Shown here: positions 1 through 12,189 of the stretch, one piece after another
How the letters are laid out: each line of letters opens with the position of its first letter
Numbering within the stretch: the stretch's first letter is position 1
Assembly (NCBI GenBank): GCA_904063045.1
Contig: CAJFCJ010000005.1
Coordinates: 1,379,988-1,443,987, forward strand
DNA length: 64,000 nt
Direction of reading: 5' to 3'
From: Dimorphilus gyrociliatus
Lineage: Eukaryota > Animalia > Annelida
Position numbers and translations under genes: made by a program
The notes under the pieces: generated by a model
What the model saw: only the letters and a program-made list of their open reading frames with translations
Told to the model about the DNA's origin: nothing
The model's database searches: none

Positions 1-459
1 ATGTTATTATAAACTTTGCTAATATCAATTTTTTGAGTTAGTCAAACAAATTTACGTCTTCTAGTTTAAAGAAAAACTGTAAATTTTGGCGGGTCTAGGT
101 CAAATTATGAATAATAGATGGCACACTCGACATCCGGTTGATTTGTGTTATTATCCAATCATTAACGGCTAACGCTTACAGTTTCCTAATAGAAAATCAT
201 CTCAAGCATCTGCAAGGTTTATCACCTATCCATTCTTTTGGAAATCAACAGTACTTGGTTACTATAGTATTTATTTCTTATTCGACTATAATAAACTTTA
301 AATGCTTTAACTGTTGTACATATGTCTCCTTATTTCGCGTGGTTCTTTTTATTTATCAGAACCATGCCTAATTTAAGAAATATATCCTAATAACATATAT
401 CTAATACAGAGACGAGTGAAACAATTTATGAAATATTCCGTTCGATCTAGCAACTGAAA

Positions 460-3400
460 ATGAATAGATTCAATGAAAAATTTCAGGCCAAGGGTAGGCC
501 TAAGGAAGCGCGGTAATAAGATTAGATATAACTAACTTTTTGAACTTTAAATTGATCTTATTATATATTTTTGTTGATATTTCAGTGACGTTTCCGAGGA
601 CTTGATTCAAAAATGGCGAGATGCCGAAACAATGGGAAAAGTTTTAGAATGTCCTAGGTGCATGATGAGCTTTACATCTCATCTAGGGTTGTTACAACAT
701 TATAGACATTGTTTTGATAATGTTAACATTGCTGAAAATAGTTGTCGATATATGTGCCCAAGATGCAGCTCAGAATTTGCTAATAGTAAATCTTTATCTC
801 ATCATAGAAGATATTGTCCAGGAGATTCAAATAAGGTTGTTGTTTAATTCTCTTTGGTAAGTTATACATGTTGGAATACATTTTTAGAAACCAACGACTA
901 AGAAAACATCAAAGGAATCACCGAATTATATACAATTAGAAGTAATCTCTGACGAAAAGAATGAAACTGTCAAGAAGACAATTTACATTGTGCCAGAAAG
1001 TTCTGGTACGTTATAAGTTTTTCTTGACCTGTATTCGATTTTTTTATAATATAAAACAGAAGCAAAGAGGAAGCACGATGATGTAACTGAAGAAGTTACT
1101 GTAGAGACCACAAAGAGAAAAAGAGTGGAAGGTAATAGAGGAAACCACCTATTAAATTTGCAAATAAAAAATGTATCTCACTTAGAAGACGTAAACGAAA
1201 GTGAAGACTTTGTGTATGAAGAAGAAGAGGAGGAAGACGATAATCAAGCCGAACATGCCTCTCCCGACAACGATGAACAAAGTGTGAAGTCTGAAATTGA
1301 AGAAACTGTTGATCTTGCCACAAAGCAAGGTAGATAATTTGTAGTTAACTCAACTATATATTATATGGTGTGTGTTTATTGTCGATCTTTCTGTATTACC
1401 TGTATCAATAAAGAACAGGGGAATACACTGGTTGAAAGTGAGGAGAACTGTGCGTTGTTTTCCGATGAGAAGCGAATACATTCAAATAAGTCAGATAGGA
1501 AGTATCGGAAGTTTCAATCCCCTTCTATTATTAGTAATGAAAAGGACGAAAATCGTCCTTCATTTCGTCCACAAACAAATTTAGTTAATGTGGAAAACGC
1601 CAGCCTATCTCCAGATGTCGGAAATATTTCTAATGTTTCTTCTAGTGAACAATCTGACGAAATAGGAGTTAATTCTGATAGTAATATTAATTTAGAAGAA
1701 GTAATGGATACAAATAAATTAGTTGATATTGAAAAAAAACAAGCCACCACTACACCTGTGGTTGATGAAACAGTAAAGATTTTAGAATCTATTAGTCAAA
1801 CTATAAGTAATTCCTTAAAGGATAAGGAGAAGGATATTGACACGAAGTCAGTCTCATCTTTTACGGACAATGAAAAATTAATCTATTCTGGTACAGAGAA
1901 TGAAAAGGCCGCTAATTACGCTGGTCAAGACACTAGACGCGATAATAGAGAGTTAAACCCGATGTCTTCAGATGTCGCAGAAAGTACTAATGAGCTAAGC
2001 GATAGGCCAAGCCAAAACGAGACTTTTAGGTTAGGTGAAAGCATAAGTCAAACCTCTCATGAACAAAATGAAGGGGAATCTATAATAGCTATAAACAAAC
2101 CTGATAAGACGGGGAAAATCAAATATATAAATGCAGAGGTATGTCAAAATCGATATACTTCATCTGGAAAAGCGGCAAAAAATATAGAAACCTCTGAAGA
2201 AGTGGAAACATTGCAAGATGCACAAATGGACATCTCTGTAACTAAGAATAAAACACGGGGTCGAAAACCTAAAGTTAAGAAGCAAACTGTCGACTTACAC
2301 AAAGATGAGGAAACTACAGCAAATTCCTTCGATAAAGGTATATTGAAAAAAAAGACTAGGGTTACTAAAAAACCAGAAGATATTTCAACACAAAAAGGTC
2401 GTTGCAAAGCGGAGGCCTCGAGATCTACAGCATCTAAAACTGAAATGGTAATGTTAGTACTTTATTTTTATTTTTAATTTTAATCCTTTTCTTTTGTAAC
2501 AGAATTGTTCGAAATGTGATAAAAAATTCGATAAAAAGTCATTTTTGGCTGATCACTTAATGAGGAGACATTGTATATTAGTATGTCCTGCTATAATAAT
2601 TCAATAACAAATTTCTGATCAGATATTTTTCTAGCAAGGTGAATATAACCCAAACAAATGTATAAAGCTTCTAAAGGTCCTTGAATGTGAAAAATGTGGA
2701 AAAGAATTGAGGAGTATGACATACTTCAAATTGCATACTGAATGGTGTGGACGAGAGGTAAAAAGCTGCTATTTGAGTCCTAAATTTAATCCTGTTAAAA
2801 TTTTAGAATGAAAGAGAACAGTGCAATAAGTGTAACAAGCAAATTCAGAAAATGTATATGAAAATGCATATGGCTGAGCACAGAAGAAGAGATAAAGCTC
2901 ATCATGTAGTAGAAAATAAACCAACAATCGAAGATGAAGAAACTGAAGGCGTTAGTGTTAAAAGGAGAGCTGCCAAAAGGTTGATCAGTTTTCTTTTAAA
3001 AAAATTTACTTTAATTCGTTTGCCTTCCATAAAGAGCACTAACAACATTGCAAACAATTTCGGATGAAGCTAGAGCGACAAAGAGAGCCATAACTGCTTC
3101 CAATACAACTTTGGTAGTATACTTTATACAAATCAATTCTCCATAAAAAGAAACTGAAAATTTTATTTTAATTAAGGACGAGAAATTTTTAGCAGTAAGA
3201 AAGCCCATCGAGAAAAAGATGGATTCTGATTGGAAAAACACTCTAAAAACGAAGGGGACCGTAAAATGCAAATATGAAGTAATTAAACTTCTAATTTTAG
3301 TTAGGCTAAAATACAAAATGGTATACCTGCTTATTTCAGTCTTGCAATGAGTATTTTTGTGAATACGAAAAGGTAGTTGATCATTTTATACATGGACATC

Positions 3401-6153
3401 GGTCAAAAATAGAATCTGAAAAGTTCTTCACTTATAAGTTTGTAAAAAATATTTAGTTTTTACTTAATTTTATAAAATATCTTTTACAATGAAGATGTAT
3501 CAAATGCGACAAGTCATTTACAAGTAAGAATGGCGCAAAATATCATGTAGAGCGTTGTGCGTTATGGGTGAGTATCATCATTGTTCATTTAATCAATATG
3601 TTTAGCTTTGTTAATTAGGCACAAGAAGAGCAAAATAAAGATGATACCGATACTTCAAACTCTGATTCTAATGAGGTAGAATCAGATTCCGATGTAGTAA
3701 ATATGAACGACTTAGACTCTAGCGAGGATTCTCAATTATCAGGTAATTGCGGTAGTCTTTAATCAGTGTCAATTTTTAAAAACCCTACTTAAGATTCAGG
3801 AGTTGACGAAAATAAGCTATCAGGCATAGAGTCAGAAGTGTCCAGTGCAGACGAAAAAGAAAAACAAGCATCAATTGGAGTACGAAAGTTTTATGAGGAC
3901 TTCTTTTGTAAAAATCTGGCTAAAATTAGTAAAAATTGTGATCTCTCAGCAAGAGACGCAAAAGAATTTATTTCAAGAAATAGTTGTTCGGAAATATATA
4001 AAGATTGGAAATTAACCTCGGATGACGTAACTTTTTGCAATGAAAAGTATGTTTTAATTTTTTTTTATTGAATTGATATATTTTGTTTAAAACAGTCTGG
4101 CAAGAAAATATCTACCATCCTCTAACTCCTCTCTAGGATTTTCTATTCGTAAAGGAAAGAGTAATGCATCAGAAAATATCTTTCTTGAGAAATTTGATGC
4201 TGTTGAGCAAGGTATAAAGATTTAACATAAGTTACACAGCTTTCATAAAATTGTATCTAGGTCAATCAGCAATAGCCTATACTGGAGGTCCAATCTTCTC
4301 CGGATCTTGGATTCCGCTTCACGTCAAAGACGCAAAAGTGAAAGAAAACCAATTTGCTGCGATTACCACAACTAATGAATATGAGGTTAAAGTTCCCAAC
4401 AATACTTTATATCCTTGTAAAGGCACAATACAGATATGGAATTTTGGAGATTTAAACGGCACGAGGTATTTAAAAAATTTCAAAGTCATAAAGAGTTTAC
4501 TTATGATAGAATTTTTGTTTAGTGTCAATCAGAAACCAAAACTTGAATTTTGTATTGGTCATGAACTTGGTATATTGTGGAGCACAAAATTTTGCCCATC
4601 GGGTGCTTATGATGTTATTCATTCAAATAAAGATAAATTACGAAGGCTTGGCTTACTCTGCGTAGGTGGTAGTCAGGGTTATTCGGCAATTTATAGGTAA
4701 CTCCTCCAAGATGTCTATATCATCAAATTTTAACTTATATTACTTACAGCGTTCCCCATCCTGATTCTCTTCATGGGCTAAAACTATCACCAATACAAGT
4801 TCCTAAATTATGTCTTTTTAAACCATCAATACTTCTGCTTCCCCACTCAGGTAAACAAAAATATTTTTTTAGTAAGATAGTCATCAAATTCGTACATAGA
4901 TTGTAGAGAAAGAAGTCAAGTAACTTGCATTGATTGGAGTTGGAAAAAGAGTCACTCTATTTTAATAACATCTCATGTTAATGGGAGTATTTGTGTATTT
5001 AATTTAAATTCTTCTTCCTTATTGCAACTGAGCTATAAAAGCTGCAAGGCAGTTTTACCAGCTCGTGTTTTGTCGGCTCACAATGGTGTAGTTCATAGTA
5101 TTTCCTTCTGTCATCAGAAAGATTCTTATATCGGATCATGTGGTTCTGACAAGTAAATTTCCTCTTCACAAAAAAATTTTACACTTTCTTGAAACGAAAT
5201 TTTTAGCTTGATTCAAGTTTGGAATTTAAATAAGATGGATAATCGACCGGTTATAAGAATATATAGAAGAGAAAAACCAATATGTATACATTTTCCTCTA
5301 ATGTGGAATGCCTTTATTTGCTCTTTCGATGATGCTCTTAAGTAGTAGAAAGATAATAGTTCAATTTACTTTCTTATACTTTGCGTACATTTTCAGCTAC
5401 AATAATCCTATACATGGATCTATTTTCCTTTACTATTTAGAAGATCATCCAAGTGAATCGCCAATTAGACTTCTACCAATGAATTCAACAACTTGGGTAA
5501 TTATTTCTAAAAGTAATCAAAAGATCATGAAAATTTTTATACTTAGGCACTAACAAGCTCACCTTGGACAAACACAGCTTATGTTGTAGATGAAGATGGT
5601 GTTTGTGCAGCCTTTGAATTGGTTGAAAGACGGGGCAAGTTTCCGGATAAAATGCAAAGAATTCTGAAGCGGAGATATGTTAGTTAATAGTTAATTCTTA
5701 ATTCTCTTTAACAAAAGTTCTTTCAGATAATATTTAGGAGTTATCTTGAGAAAATTAAGAAAGAGAGTATAAGAGATTTAGTCGTTCCTGTCGAACCTCT
5801 TAGCTCTATGTCACCATTTCAATATAATAATGATGAGGAACCTTTCTATGAGAGTAGAAATGATTTTATAATAGACCACACACTTCGGTACTACGATGCA
5901 AATTTCAAAACTGGTCATGGGGTAAGACTAGAGTTGTCTTTTATTAAATTTAGTTTGTTCCCAATGAAAACTCGATTTAATACTTTCTCAGGCTGAAGGA
6001 CAAACACAGAATAGGAATGTTAATATTCTGAACTGCTTCTCTATGAAGTCCTTGCATTTCTTAGATGTAAATCCTCATAAAAAAGAAGCTAGGTGGATTC
6101 TCACTGGAGGACAAAATGGTTTAATGCGCATTATTTGCTCTGAACATAGATAA
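460..6153 (+). CDS. GTF3C2: Multi-exon general transcription factor IIIC subunit 2-like WD40 protein with an N-terminal array of about 7 C2H2/C2HC zinc fingers
   Basis: Hand-spliced GT-AG exons from ATG 460 to TAA 6151-6153. The C-terminal half carries GTF3C2-type motifs: YTGGPIFSGSWIP, IQIWNFGDL, LEFCIGHELGILWSTKFCPSGAYD, RRLGLLCVGGSQG and terminal WILTGGQNGLMRII. The N-terminal exons encode zinc fingers such as CPRC..HYRHC, CSKC..HLMRRH, CEKC..HTEWC and CIKC..YHVERC. Confidence 0.8.
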
Positions 6154-6550
6154 ACTGAAGAGTACTTTGTTTAGGAATGTATTGATACTTTTTTTCAAAT
6201 ATATTTAAAAGTTATATTTAAAGTTTCAAAGAATTGAATTAATAGCTATCTCAAATCATATATTTGTATGTTTCTATAAGCATTCTGTGATTAGTAAAAT
6301 AATGCTGACATTTCGTGTGCACTAAAATTTCAAAATCTCGTGACGCGATGTAAGGATAAAAAAATTAGACAAAGATAAATTAAAAAATATTCTTAACAGT
6401 ATAAATATACAGTAATCTCAACAATACAAACGTTTAAGTCTTCATTGAAAGTCCTTTTCAAAATCTGGATTCATTCACTAACACAATAAATACTGTATCC
6501 GAAAGAAGGAAAAAAATTTTTCCTTACGAAAGAACGAAATGGAAAAAAAG

Positions 6551-7969
6551 CTAGAGCCTATCCAATAGGCGCCGACTTTTTTTGCTGAATGCCTTTGCCG
6601 AAGATTTACTTCCTTTTTGGGTATGATTAGAACAAGGTTTGGCGAAATGGAATGCTAACTCACACCTCGTACAAAAATTATGGGCACAGGAGGAGCGACA
6701 ACATCGTCCTCTTTCATACACGCCGTTTTTAGCTGCAGGTCCGTTACACTTGGGGCACTTTGTCATCTTTTCATATGGTTTTAAACGTTGCTGAGCCTAT
6801 CGAAGGTTTGATATATAATTTAATTTTATTTAAAAAGTCAACAAACCTCCCAAAATTCTTGGCTGGTTGCTAACTTTCTATCAGCTTTACTAGTCTTCTT
6901 TCTTTCTTTAATTGTAGTTTGCAAAACAACCAATGGCTTAACTTTACGACTTTTATTTCTAATAAAACTATTTTCTTTGTTTGAGTGCTGTGGAAAAAAT
7001 AGAACGTGACATTAATCGATGCTAAGCAATTGATCGATAGCACCAGTGAATGATTTTGTATCATTGATATTAATTGTATATACGAACCGTTTTCTTTATA
7101 TACTCTTTACGACGACGTCTTGCGTTGGAATCCTGTTTACAAATTTCTTTCCACTTAGGACAAACCTGACAGGCACTGCAAATGCATTTTAAAGTTCGTC
7201 AAAGTGTTCACAAACTGCACTATGTGTATCCTAATAAGTTTTACCTGTTTAAATCTGAAGGAGATAAGTAAGAAAAAATTGTCCCTATCACATGATTCAA
7301 ATGAACATTATTCAGTTCGTCTAAAATGTTCAAATTTTTCACTCCCATTCTTCTACCAATTAAAAATGAGACATCTTTTACTCCTAAACTTTCATTTAAA
7401 CTTTCGCAAAACGTATCAACAGACAGCTGCAAATCACTTAAATTTGCAAGCGAGTCATCATCTACATCAAATTGATATAATTCAGTAGAGATTCTTGAGC
7501 CATCATGGAAAGCTGAATCAGTACTACGATTAGATAACTGACTAATTTCGAATTTTCTCTTGAAGGTTGGACTACTCTTCGGACTTTTTGTAAACTCCGG
7601 TTCATCCAAGCAAAATTTTGGTAAGGGCCCTTGTCTTCTAAAGCAGGTCTTTTTTGGCATAAAATCTGGTGAAAGAGTTCCCGGTTTCTTCCTGGAACAT
7701 TCTGGGCTTTTGTTATCAGATAAGTTTAAATCTCCTAGGGAATCTGTAAGGCCACTATCATCAGCTAAATCTTTACGACATAGAGGAGTGCTTGTAGTTC
7801 TAGAAAAGTAGTCATTTCTTAAATGAGCAGAAGGGCTTCCTCCAGTTAGATTTTCTAATGACTTTTGCAAGGGCTTTGAATGTAATTCCTGAGGGGAATA
7901 TTTTGATTTTGTTTTTCGTTGAACAGGTGATACTTCAACTGATCGACTTCCAAAATCCTCCCTTACCAT
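6551..7969 (-). CDS. FBXO5: Emi1/Emi2 (FBXO5/FBXO43, Rca1)-type APC/C inhibitor F-box protein
   Basis: Contains a DSG-type degron (DDSGLTDS), an F-box (LNILDELNNVHLNHVIGTIFSYLSPSDL), a zinc-binding region (CPKCNGPA...CCRSSCAHNFCTRCELAFHFAKPC) and a C-terminal RL tail (KKSRRLLDRL). Emi1 versus Emi2 cannot be distinguished. Confidence 0.88.
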
Positions 7970-8395
7970 TTTCTGTCGGAATGTTTATTGCAATGTCAGA
8001 CTTGAACAGTTTTAAGAAAAATATAGCAAATTAAATATATTTAAATTGATTTTTTGTTATTTGGGTGAAACTGTGTAAATTAGGTTCTTTCAGCTTTAGT
8101 TTTAAAAAAATCAACTCGGATAAATCTAACTGATTTTTTACCCCAGTGAACGTTATATATTCAGTTCTGTGATTTATATGTTTAAAAGCTAAAACCATAA
8201 TCTTTACAGTGATTGTGATCCTAAACGTCAAAAATTTAAACTTGATAATTTTAAATCTTTCAAAATATAACAGCTTTACATTCAAACAATAAAGGAGAGA
8301 TTATTATGTATGGATATAAATATTTGTTTTGTATTTCTCTTAATTATAAGTAGTCTATTTAAAGATTCAATGTCTACAGCAAAGAATACAAGTTT

Positions 8396-8830
8396 GGGCG
8401 CGTAAAAATCACGCGCGCACAACATCACTCACTTTAATATCCTTTTTCTTGTCAAAACAAAATGTATTTGCTAAGCTGACATAACAGTTGGAATCAATAG
8501 ATTTCTAACTTCATTCTGGATGTACATTTCATTAAAATCCTTACATTTTTAAAATATAAAACCAAAGGAAAGCGACAATTGTCGATTCTTCGAAAGTTCC
8601 CGTCGGCGGAATGTCGTCCAATCAACTTTGTTTGAAATCTCGCGAGAAGCGCCTTTTCACGAGATTTTTAAGATACACCTTTGAAATAAATTTCCAAATT
8701 TTAAATATCTTTTATAATCTGCTGAATTTATGAACCTTATTTATCTTGTCAAATTTAAATACAGGTAACAATTTTACCAGTGTCTACTTTACGAAAATGC
8801 AATTCATAAACGACTTCCGGCTAGTGAAAG
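8396..8830. promoter_or_regulatory. Putative divergent housekeeping promoter between the F-box gene and POLR2K
   Basis: CpG-enriched patch in AT-rich DNA with CCAAT (8618-8622), the TCTCGCGAGA palindrome (8638-8647) and an ETS-type ACTTCCGG (8813-8820). It is followed by a 5'UTR splice donor (AAG|gtaggt at 8831). Confidence 0.5.
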
Positions 8831-9111
8831 GTAGGTTTGTCGTCTTAACCACGCTTCTCCTTTTTTTGTTTAGAATACAAAGTTTTCTTAAATAAATTTA
8901 TTGGCTTAATAACCGAGATTTTCTGAAAATTCTCATTTAAAAAAAATCAATATACTGTCTTGTCAAAACATGCTCAATAGTTCAGCCGTTAGCATTTTTA
9001 AGGACTTGCTTTTATTGATCAATAGTCGGCATTTGTATTGTGTTAAATCTCGACAGCGATTAAATATCAATAAGTTAAGGAACAGATCAATGAATTTTAT
9101 TTTATTAGGTT

Positions 9112-9428
9112 ATGGAGACACCAAATCCTTCCGCAACCCCCAATCCAAACATCCCTGATATGCCATCAAAACCTTCTGCTATGATTTATATTTGTGGAGA
9201 TTGCCACCAAGAAAATGAAATCAAATCTAGGGACCCAATACGGTGTAGAGAATGTGGTCACCGGATAATGTATAAGAAAAGAACAAAACGCAGTATCCTT
9301 TTTCATAATTTAATTTTCAGCATGTTTCAGCTCATTTTTGCATTTATACTAACTTTTCATAAATGACTAAACTGAAATGTTTATCCTTAACAATTGTTTT
9401 TATAGTGGTGGTATTTGATGGAAGATAA
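9112..9428 (+). CDS. POLR2K: RNA polymerases I/II/III shared subunit RPABC4 (Rpb12)
   Basis: [37 protein letters not shown] is spliced across intron 9293-9405 to MVVFDGR*, matching the Rpb12 zinc ribbon. Confidence 0.97.
9293..9405 (+). other. U12-type (minor spliceosome) GT-AG intron in POLR2K
   Basis: The 5' splice site is GTATCCTTTT, the branch site TCCTTAAC lies at 9384-9391 close to the AG at 9404-9405, and splicing restores the conserved C-terminus. Confidence 0.9.
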
Positions 9429-9962
9429 AACAGGTTACCGAAGATTGTCAAGAAAAAGCATTTGTTTTTTCTACGACTAAGCTAGCAGTTTATATATTTG
9501 CATATTGCATTTTACATTTGTCATTACAACATTTATCATTTGGTTTATCTTCACACTGAAAGTGAAACTAATCTATTAATAAAGTTTTATTGTTTTGGAC
9601 AGTTTTCTATAAACACTTGCATTTAGTTTATCTAATTATGGCCTTGAAATACTCCGAAAGTTAGCTTGCTTAGTCTAAATTACTGTGCTTTGGATTATCT
9701 AATTATAATTTATACAAGTTATGCAGATACTCAAGATTAAGTAAAGCTGTTTATTTTAGGTAAGGCACTTAAGCTTTAATGTAAGAGATGAAAATTACAG
9801 ATACCATCCATTCATCGACGAAATCTGTTAACATAACAGAAACGTTAAATAGGATATATTGATATATTTTTTCAAGTTTAATATCGGCGCACTGCTTTAA
9901 GTGTTAAAATGTCTAATTTACTAAATGTTTTTTATACAAAATTTAGTCGACCTTCATGATTG

Positions 9963-11872
9963 TTATCCATTTTTTGAACCTTCAAAAGCAGAATCAATTT
10001 TTTTCAAGTCCTCTGTATCATCCCGAATAACCTTGCTTAAGTGCTCGAGTCCATCCTGCTGCTGCTTAAGGTGATGTCTTATGTCGTCTCTCATTGTTGC
10101 GTCTAAATGATATTTTGGTCCAGATCGACTATTTGATAATTCTTGCTGCATTCTTATATGAGACATAAGCTCATTTAATCGGCCTTTAAATTGAGTGGGT
10201 GAGTTAAGGTGGGCTAGGAGACGCTCAAGCTTTATTTTTAATTGTTCTTCTTCTGCTTGAACAGCATAGCCTTGCTTCCTGTAGATCTCTTGAGCAACTA
10301 TGACTCGGAGAATTCTTAGCTTGAACTCGTTTAATTTTCGTCTGTATTCCTCTATTTTAGCAACAATTTCAACGTCCTCCTTTTGAATGTTTTCCAGCGT
10401 TTGTTTAACACCCTGATTTTAAATTAAGAATAATTCAAAATAAAAGCTACACCAGTCAAAAATATTATTTACCTCAAGGCAAAGGCGGTGAGCTTCAACC
10501 TGTTGCTCTTGACATTCCATTCGATTTCTTAGTTCTCCGAAACCAATCATAGGAACAGGTATCAAATTTTCTGGATCAGGATTGTCTAACTTTGCTTGTT
10601 GCCATAGTAAAGGATCCAAACCAGCGATTGGCTTTTCTAAGTAAGCTTTCAACTCATTTTTACTCCAACGGCGTTTGGCAATAATATTGCAGACACACAA
10701 TTGATTAGTTAGTTGCTGCTTAGCACTTGACTGTTGAAAAAAATTATTCAACTCTGATGCCGGTATTTTACGCGAATCACCAGCTTGATTTCTTTCTTGA
10801 ACAAATATTGTCATATCGGTCCTTCAAAAAACAAAATCCCGTTTTTTCGCAATATATTAAATAATTGGTATTACTCACTTATCGCAAGGAAGAGGCTTGA
10901 TACTTGAGACGCACACTGAGTGGGCGGCATTGCCTCCTAATATTTTATGAATAGAGTCCACAATCTAAAATGTTTAATATTTACAATATAAATGATTTAT
11001 GAATAATTTTTTTAAAGTTTGAATGAGGAAGGATATTCTTACTTGTTGTTGATGCTGCTTTATATCAGATTCTTTTTTATTAAACGTTAGGGCAACTAAA
11101 CCATCAGCGTTAGAGTACTGGCTCATTCTTGCGTAATTTACAGCTTTAAACCGACACCAGGGATTATCAGGTCCAAAATCAATGTTATTTGCTCCACCTG
11201 GTCCATAAAAAGCCTTTCCTGTTCCAAAAAATGCTTGCATCTGATTCCACTTGGCAATTAACTCATCTCTTTCATCATTAAAAATTTGAGGAGCAGCGAT
11301 TGCTGTGGCTTGAGCCTGCAGAATTACTTGAGCATCATCCTGTTGAGGCTGTTGTCCCGGAGCTGCTTGTGCTTGAGTCGCACCAAACATTCCAAAAGAA
11401 GGTTTACTCAAATCTGGATGTTAATAATATATTCGATTAAATACCTCAAATAACATGAAAAATTAAATAAAAAACTAACTTGTTGCAGTACTGTTAGTTG
11501 TCGTTCCAAATCCAAAACCTGAGGATGTACCGGTGTTTGTTGCCGTCCCAAAAGTTAAGCCTGCTGTTGTTTTCGCTCCAAAATCTGTAGGTAATTTTTT
11601 GAGGCCTTATTTAAATTAATAGATTTTAATAGTATATTAACTAAAACCAAATCCAGATTGAGCTGTACTTGTAGTATTCGGACCAACATTAAAACCTGGT
11701 CGATAATGCAGTAGTGAGGACATTTTGCAATAAAGTTGAACAAATTACAAATCTTATGGAGTTAAAAAGTACCTGTTGAGTTACCAAACCCACTACCAAA
11801 CCCAGTAAAATTAGAAGACGTAGTAGTTGGTGTATTACCGAAAAGAGGTTTATTATTAAAATTAAACGACAT
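9963..11872 (-). CDS. NUP54: Nucleoporin p54
   Basis: The N-terminus is FG-rich (MSFNFNNKPLFGNT...GFGSGFG). Later exons contain FNDERDELIAKWNQMQAFFGTGKAFY and LDPLLWQQAKLDNPDPENLIPVPMIGFGEL, followed by a C-terminal coiled coil. Confidence 0.93.
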
Positions 11873-12189
11873 TTTCACGTTTGGTAAAAGATTCCTTGCT
11901 TTAAGCAACTTGTGGAATCGTTAACTGGTACTTACAATTTGAAATAAAATATTTTTTATTTAAAACTAGTAAGAATATGTATAAGCTTTTGATTACATTT
12001 ATTTGAGCATAATACAAAATGTAAGGATTATTTTCCCAAAACAATTTCGCTTTACCGCGTATTTTTCATATGGTTCCGTTATCCCTAGTCGACGGAAGTC
12101 GTGTTAAACATAAGTCGTGTCCCTGATTGTCCTTGACCTCCTTTCCTATCAAAAGTTTAGCTCGTGAAAAGCCGAATTTATTTTTAAAA

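Noticed and set aside
1096-2407. Overlapping short ORFs around the large GTF3C2 exons; apparent Cys-rich start MVCVYCRSFC
   Set aside because: The Cys-rich start lies in an intron (donor near 1330, acceptor near 1398), and the others are antisense or out-of-frame shadows.
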